In this document: positions 38,656 to 46,705 of the stretch, piece after piece
Layout of the letters: each line of letters opens with the position of its first letter
Position numbering within the stretch: the stretch's first letter is position 1
Assembly (NCBI GenBank): GCA_022572685.1
Contig: JACZVL010000001.1
Location: 3,914 to 67,913, forward strand
Reading direction: 5' to 3'
DNA from: Pseudomonadota bacterium
GTDB taxonomy: Bacteria > Pseudomonadota > Alphaproteobacteria > Kiloniellales > J153
Length of the DNA stretch: 64,000 nucleotides
Translations under genes and position numbers: made by a program
Notes under the pieces: generated by a model
Told to the model about the DNA's origin: nothing
Seen by the model: only the letters and a program-made list of their open reading frames with translations
Databases searched by the model: none

Positions 38656-39461
38656 GACAGGGTCCGGATCGCGCGTTCGAGGGCGACCGCGTGAATCTGC
38701 AGGCTGTAGGCGTCGGCCCCCAGGCCGCCCTCGCGCAGCAGCTCGACCACCGCCGCGCGGTCGCTCCGCGCGACCAGCCGGCTGGCGTCCTCGATGACGA
38801 TGGGCCGGGATTCGGTGGCCCCGGCCACGGCGCGGCAGACCCCGCGCTCGGGATCGTGCAGCACCGCGCCGATGGCGTGGGCGAACTCGCCGGGCTTGCG
38901 GTTCACCTTGTAGTAGCCCCAGCGCGCGCCGGCGCCCAGGCGGGGCACGCGCACCGCCTCCAGGATCTCGTCGGCCTCGAGCGCCGTCTCGAACCCGCCG
39001 CGCATGAACTCGGCCACGGCCAGTTCGCGGCGGCCGGAGGGGCCGTGGACGACGATCTCGGCGCCGAGCGCGGTCAGGCAGGTGATCCAGTCGGCCGCGG
39101 GGTCGGCGTGCGCCAGGCTGCCGCCGATGGTGCCGCGGCTGCGCACGGCGCGATAGGCGATGCCCTGGGCGACCGCCGGCAGCACCCCGCCGGTCACGTC
39201 CGGCACGCGGCCGTCCTCGATCGCCGCGTGGGTGGTGCAGGCGCCGAGCAGCACGCCGTCGCCATCCTCCTCGACCCGGGTGAGCTCGGGGATCCGCGTG
39301 ATGTCGACCAGCAGGTCCGGCTGCACCAGGCGCAGATTGAGCATCGGCCCGAGCGACTGCCCGCCGGCCAGGCACTTCACGACGGTTCCGCGCGTGCCCA
39401 GCAGCGCCACCGCCTCACCGAGGCTGGCGGGCCGCGCGTAGTCGAAGCGGGCCGGCTTCAC
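38652..39461 (-). CDS. Xanthine dehydrogenase family FAD-binding subunit (CoxM-like)
   Basis: LAGGQSLGPMLNLR, RSRGTIGGSLAHADPAAD. Confidence 0.93.
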   Translation of the reverse strand: MKPARFDYARPASLGEAVALLGTRGTVVKCLAGGQSLGPMLNLRLVQPDLLVDITRIPELTRVEEDGDGVLLGACTTHAAIEDGRVPDVTGGVLPAVAQGIAYRAVRSRGTIGGSLAHADPAADWITCLTALGAEIVVHGPSGRRELAVAEFMRGGFETALEADEILEAVRVPRLGAGARWGYYKVNRKPGEFAHAIGAVLHDPERGVCRAVAGATESRPIVIEDASRLVARSDRAAVVELLREGGLGADAYSLQIHAVALERAIRTLS

Positions 39462-41842
39462 GATCCGCCGCCTTGCGCCCCATCTCGCTGCGCCCCATCT
39501 CGCTGTGCCCCATCTCGCTGCGCCTTCGCGATGGCGGCCAGTAAGCGGCGCGGCGTGATCGGCGTTTCGGTGACCTCGGCGCCGAGCGGCCGGAGCGCGT
39601 CGTTGACCGCGTTGGCGATGGCGGCCGGCGGGGCGATGGCGCCGCCCTCGCCGATGCCCTTGACGCCGAACTCGGTATAGGGCGAGAGCGTCTCCATGTG
39701 CCCGATGCGCAGGGAAGGCACCTCGGTGGCGCCTGGGATCAGGTAGTCGGCGAGGGTCGAGGCGAGCGGCTGGCCGGCCGCATCGAAGGGCATCTCCTCA
39801 TAGAGCGCGGTGCCGATGCCCTGGGCCGCGCCGCCCTGAATCTGGCCGTCGACGATCATCGGATTGACCAGCTTGCCGCCGTCCTCGATCACCACGTAGT
39901 CGAGGATCTCGACCGCGCCGAGCTCCGCATCGACCGCCACCACCACGGCGTGGCTGGCGTAGCTGAAGGTCCCCGAATCCCGTTCCGGCTTGTAGCCGGC
40001 GGTGATCTCCAGGCCGGCCGGATCGACATCGTCGGGCAGGTCCTGGGGGCGCAGGTACCAGACCTGGGCGACCTCGTCGATGCCGACGCTGCCGGCCGCC
40101 CCGCGCACCCGCCCGTCTTCGAGCGCGACCTCCGCCACCGGCACCTGAAGCAGGCCGGCACCGATCTTCATAATCCGCCCCGCCAGCGCGCGGCAGCCGG
40201 TCGCGACCGCGCCGCCGGCCATGACCATGCAGCGCGAGCCCCAGGTGCCGGTCGAGTAGGGCGTGAGCTGGGTATCGCCGTGGACCACCTTCACCTTGTC
40301 GATGGCGATGCCGAGGATCTCGTTGACCACCTGCGCCAGGGTGGTTTCCAGGCCCTGGCCGTGGGAATGCACGCCGACCCGGACCTCGAGCCCGCCATCG
40401 GGGGTGATCCGCAGCGCGGCCTGCTCGTGGCCCGGCACCATGGGGATGCCCCAGCCCGCATAGACCGAGGTGCCGTGGGCCGCCTGCTCGCAGTAGATCG
40501 CCAGGCCGAGGCCGATCAGCCGGCCGTCGGCCTCGCCCCGCTGCTGGCGCGCGCGGACCGCGGGCAGGTCGATCTCGGCGACCGCGCGGCGCAGCGATTC
40601 GGGGTAGTCGCCGCTGTCGAAGTGCTTGCCCGTGATGTTGTCGAAGGGCATGGCCTCGGGCGGGACCAGGTTCTTGAGCCGCACCTCGTGGGGTTCCAGC
40701 CCGGCCTCGCGCGCGATCGCATCGATGATCAGCTCCATGGCGAAGCAGACCCCGGTCCGGGCGACGCCGCGGTAGGGCATGATCGGCGACTTGTTGCTGG
40801 CCACCGACCAGGTCCGGCAGCGGTAGACCGGCAAATCGTAGGGTCCCGGCAGGATGCTGCCGATCTGGGCCGCCTCCAGGCAGGCGGAGAAGGGATAGAT
40901 GGAGTAGGCGCCGGAATCGACCGTGGCCTCGGCGTCGATGGCGAGCAGCCGGCCGTCGGCCTCGGCATAGGCGGTGATCAGGTAGTGGTGCTCGCGGCAG
41001 TTGGCGCCCGCGGTCAGGTGCTCGCGCCGGTCCTCGATCCAGCGCAGCGGGTGCCCGAGCCGCATGGTCAGCCACGACAGGCAGACCTCCTCGGGCAGCA
41101 GGACGCCCTTGTAGCCGAAGCCGCCGCCGACATCGGGCGCCACCACCCGGACCTGGCCGTGATCGAGGCCCAGGCACTCGCACAATCCGGTCCGCGTGAC
41201 ATGGGGCATCTGGGCGGCGCTGTGGACGATCAGCTGATCGAGCCGTGGGTCCCAGGCGGCGACCACGCCGCGGCCCTCGATCGGCATCATGCACTGGCGC
41301 GCGGTCCGCAATTCGCGGGTGACCCGGATCGCCGCCTTGTCCTTGACCGATTCCACGTCACCGTCGACCAGGGACTCGAGAAAGACGTTGTCGCCCCATT
41401 CCTCGTGGACCAGGGGCGCATCGGGCGCGCGCGCCGCGATCATGTCGACCACCGCCGGCAGCTCCTCGAAATCGACCTCGATCTCGGCCGCGATGTCCTC
41501 GGCCTCGGCGCGCGTGTCGGCGACGCAGGCCGCGATCGCCTCGCCGACCTGGCGCACCTTGTTCCGGGCCAGGCAGGGCTGTTCGGAGGGCTTGAAGCCG
41601 GGCAGGCTGGAGACCGCCCGGATCGGTTTCACGCCCGCCAGGTCGGCCGCCGTGAACACCGCGTCGCGCCATTTCCCGGGGATATGGATGTCGCCGATGC
41701 GGGCGTGGGCGAGCGGGCTGCGCAGGAACGCCACTTCCTTCATGCCGGGCAGCTTGATGTCGGCGACGAATTGGCCGCGGCCGCGCAGGTAGCGGTCGTC
41801 TTCCTTGCGCGGGACAGACTTGCCGACCCCCTGCCCGGACAT
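39458..41842 (-). CDS. Xanthine dehydrogenase family molybdopterin-binding subunit (CoxL-like, not bona fide CODH)
   Basis: DVGGGFGYK, loop PYRGVAR, HGQG, WGSR, KGIGEGG. Confidence 0.93.
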   Translation of the reverse strand: MSGQGVGKSVPRKEDDRYLRGRGQFVADIKLPGMKEVAFLRSPLAHARIGDIHIPGKWRDAVFTAADLAGVKPIRAVSSLPGFKPSEQPCLARNKVRQVGEAIAACVADTRAEAEDIAAEIEVDFEELPAVVDMIAARAPDAPLVHEEWGDNVFLESLVDGDVESVKDKAAIRVTRELRTARQCMMPIEGRGVVAAWDPRLDQLIVHSAAQMPHVTRTGLCECLGLDHGQVRVVAPDVGGGFGYKGVLLPEEVCLSWLTMRLGHPLRWIEDRREHLTAGANCREHHYLITAYAEADGRLLAIDAEATVDSGAYSIYPFSACLEAAQIGSILPGPYDLPVYRCRTWSVASNKSPIMPYRGVARTGVCFAMELIIDAIAREAGLEPHEVRLKNLVPPEAMPFDNITGKHFDSGDYPESLRRAVAEIDLPAVRARQQRGEADGRLIGLGLAIYCEQAAHGTSVYAGWGIPMVPGHEQAALRITPDGGLEVRVGVHSHGQGLETTLAQVVNEILGIAIDKVKVVHGDTQLTPYSTGTWGSRCMVMAGGAVATGCRALAGRIMKIGAGLLQVPVAEVALEDGRVRGAAGSVGIDEVAQVWYLRPQDLPDDVDPAGLEITAGYKPERDSGTFSYASHAVVVAVDAELGAVEILDYVVIEDGGKLVNPMIVDGQIQGGAAQGIGTALYEEMPFDAAGQPLASTLADYLIPGATEVPSLRIGHMETLSPYTEFGVKGIGEGGAIAPPAAIANAVNDALRPLGAEVTETPITPRRLLAAIAKAQRDGAQRDGAQRDGAQGGGS
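39474..39524. repeat. 15-bp in-frame tandem repeat x3 (QRDGA) at the CoxL C-terminus
   Basis: tgcgccccatctcgc / tgcgccccatctcgc / tgtgccccatctcgc. Confidence 0.85.
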
Positions 41843-41846
41843 GGGT

Positions 41847-42608
41847 TCAGCCGGTCCTGGCGTTCAGGAGATCGATATCGAGTCGTATGCAATCGCCGCG
41901 ATAGACGATATCCGCGACGTAGATGGCGACGCCGCGGTCGTCGACCACCACGCAGTGCGCCTCCGCCGTGGGCGCGTTCAGGGCGAGGCCGAGAAGCTGC
42001 GCCGTCTCCATGTCGGCCGCGCCGATCATCAAGGTCTGGTGCGCGCGCGCGATCGTCACGCCCTTCAGCGTCGAGAGGACCGAGAGCGCGGTCCGGGTCC
42101 GGAAGCGTTTCGGCGCCTGCTCGAAAACCTCCTTGGCCACATGCACCCGCGCGAAGGCATAGGGCTCGTTGTCCCGGGACTGCAGGCTCTTGATGAAGGC
42201 ATATTCCTCCGCCGCCGTGCCGTCGCCGGGATCGATGCGCGGCTCGGGCGGCGGTCCCTCGTTCGGGATCACGTGCGGCACGTTGTCCTTGATGCTGTCG
42301 ATCAGGGTTTCCCAGTCGGTCGCCAGGCGCAGCCAGCGGCGATCCGGCGGAATACCGGTGACGAAGGTGCCGCGACCCTGCTGGCGCTGGACCAGCCCTT
42401 CCTTCTCCAGGATATCCACGGCCTGGCGGACGGTGACGCGCGCGACCTGAAATTCGGCCTCGAGCTCTTCCAGGGTCGAGATCTTGTCGCCGGGCGACCA
42501 GCGGCCGTCTTCGATCCGCTGCCGCAGGGTCGCCGCGATCTGCACGTAGAGCGGCGCGCGGCTGCGCTCGTAGGTTTGGGCGAGGCTGTGTGCTGGGTTT
42601 CGTGACAT
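41847..42608 (-). CDS. GntR (HutC/UTRA subfamily) transcriptional regulator
   Basis: PLYVQIA, LEAEFQVARVTVRQA, QGRGTFV. Confidence 0.92.
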   Translation of the reverse strand: MSRNPAHSLAQTYERSRAPLYVQIAATLRQRIEDGRWSPGDKISTLEELEAEFQVARVTVRQAVDILEKEGLVQRQQGRGTFVTGIPPDRRWLRLATDWETLIDSIKDNVPHVIPNEGPPPEPRIDPGDGTAAEEYAFIKSLQSRDNEPYAFARVHVAKEVFEQAPKRFRTRTALSVLSTLKGVTIARAHQTLMIGAADMETAQLLGLALNAPTAEAHCVVVDDRGVAIYVADIVYRGDCIRLDIDLLNARTG

Positions 42609-42630
42609 GGTTCCGACCGGGTCTCCATAG

Positions 42631-42642
42631 TTGTACGTACAA
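42631..42642. promoter_or_regulatory. Putative HutC-type GntR operator
   Basis: Perfect palindrome TTGTACGTACAA, 22 bp upstream of the GntR start, in the divergent region. Confidence 0.65.
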
Positions 42643-42795
42643 ACGCAAGGGGGATGGCAACCCTTGCCGGCCCCTGTTTCACCCGCTTTTGGATTGTACT
42701 GTCTTTCTAAACTTAATACCATATGGCAGTGGCATGGAGCCACCGGGAGCGCGCGCCAAAAGCGGGTCCCGAGATGGCGACGAGACAGGCATTCG

Positions 42796-43572
42796 ATGGC
42801 CAGAAAAATCAACCTCAACGCCGATATGTGCGAGGGATTCGGCGCCTACGACATCGGCGACGACGCGGCGCTCTTGAAGATCGTCCGCTCGGCCAACGTC
42901 GCCTGCGGCTTCCACGCCGGCGACCCGGTGGTCATGCGCCGCCTGGTGCTGCGCGCCAAGGAGGAGGGCGTCAGCATCGGCGCGCACCCGGGCTTCAACG
43001 ACCTCTGGGGCTTCGGCCGCCGGCGCATCGAGATGCCCCCGGACGCGCTCGAGTACATGATCGCCTATCAGATCGGCGCGCTGCAGGCGATGGCCGCCTA
43101 TGCCGGACTGAAGGTCACCCACCTCAAGCCCCACGGGGCGCTCAACAACATGGCGGCCGAGGACCGGGACCTGGCGCTGGCCATCGGCCGGGCCATGAAA
43201 ACCGTCGACCCCGGCATCATCTACGTCGCGCTGGCCGGCTCGGAGATGGCGGCGGCGGCCGAGGAGCTGGGCCTGCCGCTGGCCCGCGAGGCCTTCGCGG
43301 ACCGTCTCTACGAGGACGACGGCAACCTGACCCCGCGCAAGATCGAGGGCAGCGTGATCCGCGACCCGGAGGTCGCGCGCGCGCGCGCCGTCGCCATGGT
43401 CGAGGAACAGGCGGTGACCTCGCGCCACGGCAAGAAACTTCCCTGCCGCATCGACAGCATCTGCGTGCACGGCGACGAACCGACCGCGGTCACCGTCGCG
43501 CGCGCGGTGCGCGAGGGCCTGGAGCAAGCCGGCATCGAGGTCGTGCCCCTGCCCCAGATGGACCTCAACTGA
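42796..43572 (+). CDS. pxpA: 5-oxoprolinase subunit A (LamB/YcsF family)
   Basis: INLNADMCEGFG, SANVACGFHAGDP, GAHPGF.D..GFGRR, KPHGALNN, SICVHGD. Confidence 0.92.
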   Translation: MARKINLNADMCEGFGAYDIGDDAALLKIVRSANVACGFHAGDPVVMRRLVLRAKEEGVSIGAHPGFNDLWGFGRRRIEMPPDALEYMIAYQIGALQAMAAYAGLKVTHLKPHGALNNMAAEDRDLALAIGRAMKTVDPGIIYVALAGSEMAAAAEELGLPLAREAFADRLYEDDGNLTPRKIEGSVIRDPEVARARAVAMVEEQAVTSRHGKKLPCRIDSICVHGDEPTAVTVARAVREGLEQAGIEVVPLPQMDLN

Positions 43573-43610
43573 GGGGCTGAGCGGCCAAGAGGCGAAGGCG
43601 GATAGGCAAC

Positions 43611-44294
43611 GTGGCGCAAGATCGACCTGTCATCGCCGTCGTCGGCGGCACCGGCAAGCTCGGCGCCGGGCTGGCGCGGCGACTGGCGAAAGCAGGCTAC
43701 GTCCTGGTTATCGGTTCCCGCGAGGCGGGCCGCGCGCAATCTGCGGCGAGCGCGCTCGCGCGGGATACCGGTGGCCAGGTGACCGGCCAGGCCAATCGCG
43801 CGGCGGCGGCGGCGGCGGACATCGTCATCGTCACCGTGCCCTTCGCCAGCCAGAGGGCGATTCTCGAGGACATCGGCCCGGCCGTGCAGGGCAAGATCGT
43901 GGTCGATACCACGGTGCCCCTGGTGCCCCCCAAGGTGGCGCGCGTTCAATTGCCGCCGGAGGGTTCGGCGGCCGAGATCGCGCGGGCCACCCTCGGCGAG
44001 GGTGTCCGCCTGGTCGCCGCCTTCCACAACGTGGCGGCGCACAAGCTGATCCAGGAAATCGAGATCGACTGCGACGTCCTGGTCTTCGGCGACCAGGTCG
44101 CGGCGCGCGAGGCGGTCATCGAGTTGGCCGCGGCGATGGAGCTGCGCGGCGTGCACGCCGGTCCGCTGGCCAACGCGGTGGCCGCCGAGGCGCTGACCTC
44201 GGTCCTGGTCGGCATCAACAAGCGCTACCAGGCGGACGGCGCCGGGATCCGGATCACCGGGATCGACCCCGGCCCGGCGGCCCGCGAAGCCTGA
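43611..44294 (+). CDS. npdG: NADPH-dependent F420 reductase (F420H2:NADP+ oxidoreductase)
   Basis: GGTGKLGAGLA, IGSR, TVPF, EGSAAE, AFHNVAA, DCDVLVFGD, GIRITG. Confidence 0.92.
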   Translation: MAQDRPVIAVVGGTGKLGAGLARRLAKAGYVLVIGSREAGRAQSAASALARDTGGQVTGQANRAAAAAADIVIVTVPFASQRAILEDIGPAVQGKIVVDTTVPLVPPKVARVQLPPEGSAAEIARATLGEGVRLVAAFHNVAAHKLIQEIEIDCDVLVFGDQVAAREAVIELAAAMELRGVHAGPLANAVAAEALTSVLVGINKRYQADGAGIRITGIDPGPAAREA

Positions 44295-44301
44295 GGCGGC
44301 G

Positions 44302-45096
44302 ATGACCGTCGCACCGGTCACCCTGACCGCGGTTCCCGGCATCCCGCCGATCGGGCCCCGGGACGATGTGGCCGCCATCCTGGTCGCGGCGCTGGTGGCC
44401 GCCGCCATGACGCCCGCCTCGGGCGACGTTCTGGTGGTCGCGCAGAAGATCGTCTCCAAGGCCGAGGGGCGGATCGTCGATCTGAACGGTGTTACGCCCT
44501 CGGCCCGGGCCCGCGAGCTGGCGGCAAAGGTGGACAAGGATCCGCGCCTGGTCGAGCTGATCCTGAGGGAGTCGAGCGAGGTGGTGGCGCACAAACCCGG
44601 CGTCCTGGTGGTCGCGCACAAGCTGGGCTTCGTGCTGGCCAACGCCGGGATCGACCGCTCCAACGTCGCGCCCCCATCGGACTCCGGGCCGGACTCCGGG
44701 CCGGACTCCGAGCCCGTGCTGCTGCTTCCGGTGGACCCCAACGCCTCGGCCGCCGCGCTCAAGGCGCGCCTCGACGACCATTTCGGCGCGGCACTCGGCG
44801 TCGTGGTCAGCGACAGCGTCGGGCGCGCCTGGCGCAACGGGATCACGGGCATCGCGCTGGGGGCCGCCGGCCTGCCGGCGCTGCGCGACCTGATCGGCCG
44901 AACCGATCTCTTCGGGCGCCGCCTGGAGGTGACTCAGACCGGCTTCGCCGACGAGATCGCCGGCGCCGCCTCGCTGGTGATGGGCCAGGCCGACGAAGGC
45001 CTGCCGGCGGTCCTGGTGAGCGGCCTCAGCTGGCGCGAGCCGGCGGCCGACGCCACGGCGCTGCTGCGCCCCAAGGACCAGGACCTGTTCCGATGA
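44302..45096 (+). CDS. cofE: Coenzyme F420-0:L-glutamate ligase (single domain)
   Basis: VVAQKIVSKAEGR, ANAGIDRSN, DSVGRAWR, ADEIA, DLFR. Confidence 0.93.
   Translation: MTVAPVTLTAVPGIPPIGPRDDVAAILVAALVAAAMTPASGDVLVVAQKIVSKAEGRIVDLNGVTPSARARELAAKVDKDPRLVELILRESSEVVAHKPGVLVVAHKLGFVLANAGIDRSNVAPPSDSGPDSGPDSEPVLLLPVDPNASAAALKARLDDHFGAALGVVVSDSVGRAWRNGITGIALGAAGLPALRDLIGRTDLFGRRLEVTQTGFADEIAGAASLVMGQADEGLPAVLVSGLSWREPAADATALLRPKDQDLFR
44678..44713. repeat. 12-bp in-frame tandem repeat x3 (DSGP) within cofE
   Basis: cggactccgggc x2, cggactccgagc. Confidence 0.85.
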
Positions 45097-46079
45097 GCCC
45101 GGAAACCCGATCGGCCGGGCCCGTGGTCGCGCTGTGCGGTGGCATCGGCGGCGCCAAGCTGGCGCTCGGGCTGTACCGGCACCTGGGCCCGGACCGCTTG
45201 ACCGTGGTGGTCAACACCGGCGACGACTTCGAGCACCTCGGGCTGCACGTCTCGCCGGACCTCGACACCGTGCTCTACACCCTGTCGGGCCGGAACGACC
45301 CGGACAGCGGCTGGGGCCGCGCCGGGGAGACCTGGAACTTCATGGCGGCGCTCGAGGAGCTGGGCGGCGAGACCTGGTTCCGGCTGGGCGACCAGGACCT
45401 GGCCTTGCACGTCGAGCGGACCCGGCGCCTGCGCGCCGGCGAGCCGCTGTCGCGCATCACCGCAAGCATCGCCGAACGCTTCGGGCTGAAGGCCCGGATC
45501 CTGCCCATGTCCGAGGATCCGCTGCGCACCATCGTCCAGACCCCGGACGGGCCGCTGCCGTTCCAGCACTACTTCGTGCGCGAAGGCTGCGAACCGGTGG
45601 TGACGGGCATCGAGTTCGACGGCGCCGCGGACGCGCGCGCCCAGCCGGAAGTCGTGCGAGCCTTGGCCGATCCCAGCCTGGAAGCCGTCGTGATCTGCCC
45701 CTCGAATCCCTACCTGAGCGTCGACCCGATCCTGGCCGTCCCCGGCCTGCGTTCCGCGCTGGCCGCCTGCCCGGCCCCGGTGGTCGCGGTCTCGCCGCTG
45801 GTCGGCGGCCGCGCGGTCAAGGGCCCGACCGCGAAGATCATGGGCGAGCTGGGTATCGCCGCGACCGCTCAAAGCATCTGCGCGCACTATCAGGGCCTGC
45901 TCGATGGTTTCGTGCTGGATGTGGAGGACGCCGAGACCGCGGGATCGATCGGCCTGCCGACGCTTACCGCCCAGACGGTCATGCGCACGCTTGAAGACAA
46001 GCAACGACTGGCGCAAGCTGTGCTTGAATTCGCGCGGGACCTGGCGGCAGGCGCAAAACAGAAGCGAGCAAACTCATGA
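45093..46079 (+). CDS. cofD: 2-phospho-L-lactate transferase
   Basis: GGIGGAKL, VNTGDD, SPDLDTVLY, WFRLGDQD, PSNPYLSV, KGPTAK. Confidence 0.95.
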   Translation: MSPETRSAGPVVALCGGIGGAKLALGLYRHLGPDRLTVVVNTGDDFEHLGLHVSPDLDTVLYTLSGRNDPDSGWGRAGETWNFMAALEELGGETWFRLGDQDLALHVERTRRLRAGEPLSRITASIAERFGLKARILPMSEDPLRTIVQTPDGPLPFQHYFVREGCEPVVTGIEFDGAADARAQPEVVRALADPSLEAVVICPSNPYLSVDPILAVPGLRSALAACPAPVVAVSPLVGGRAVKGPTAKIMGELGIAATAQSICAHYQGLLDGFVLDVEDAETAGSIGLPTLTAQTVMRTLEDKQRLAQAVLEFARDLAAGAKQKRANS

Positions 46080-46705
46080 CGACCTGGGCCGTCGTTCCCG
46101 TCAAGCGTTTCGCGGACTCGAAGTGCCGCCTCGCGGGCGTGTTGGATCCAGCGGCGCGGCGGCGGCTCTCCCTCCTCATGCTGCGCGATCTGCTCGGCGC
46201 GCTGGCCGCCACCCCCGGCCTCGACCGCGTCGTGCTGGCGACCTCGGAACCGAGTGCCGCGGGCTTCGGCTGTCCGGTCATCGACGACGGCGGCGGCGAT
46301 CTGAACGCCGCGATCGCCCGCGCCGCCGCGGCGCTGGAGGCCGCGGAAGTCGCGCGGATGCTGGTGATCGCCGCCGATATACCGCTCGCGGCGCCGGCGG
46401 AGGTCGCGCGGGTCCTGGCGGCGGGCGAGGAGGCGCCGGTGGTCATCGTTCCCGACGCGCGGGGACTCGGCACCAACGCGCTCCTGCTGTCGCCGCCTTG
46501 CGCGATGGCCCCGTGTTTCGGCACCGACAGCCGCGCGCACCACGCCGCGGCGGCAAGCAACCGGGGCCTGGCAAGCAGGGAGCTGCGCCTGCCGAGCCTC
46601 GGCTTCGACGTGGACGAGCCGGAGGACCTCGCCCGGCTGGCGCGGGTGGCCGCGGATCGGCCGGCCTACCGGTTCCTCGCCCGCACCTTCGAGGCGGCGG
46701 AATGA
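46076..46705 (+). CDS. cofC: 2-phospho-L-lactate (PEP/3PG) guanylyltransferase
   Basis: VVPVKRF..SKCRL, MLRD, ADIPL, GTNAL, DVDEPEDL. Confidence 0.92.
   Translation: MTTWAVVPVKRFADSKCRLAGVLDPAARRRLSLLMLRDLLGALAATPGLDRVVLATSEPSAAGFGCPVIDDGGGDLNAAIARAAAALEAAEVARMLVIAADIPLAAPAEVARVLAAGEEAPVVIVPDARGLGTNALLLSPPCAMAPCFGTDSRAHHAAAASNRGLASRELRLPSLGFDVDEPEDLARLARVAADRPAYRFLARTFEAAE

Noticed and set aside
45904..46701. N-terminal extension making FbiC 1082 aa
   Set aside because: It overlaps cofC in another frame; the real start is the ATG at 46702, coupled to the cofC stop.
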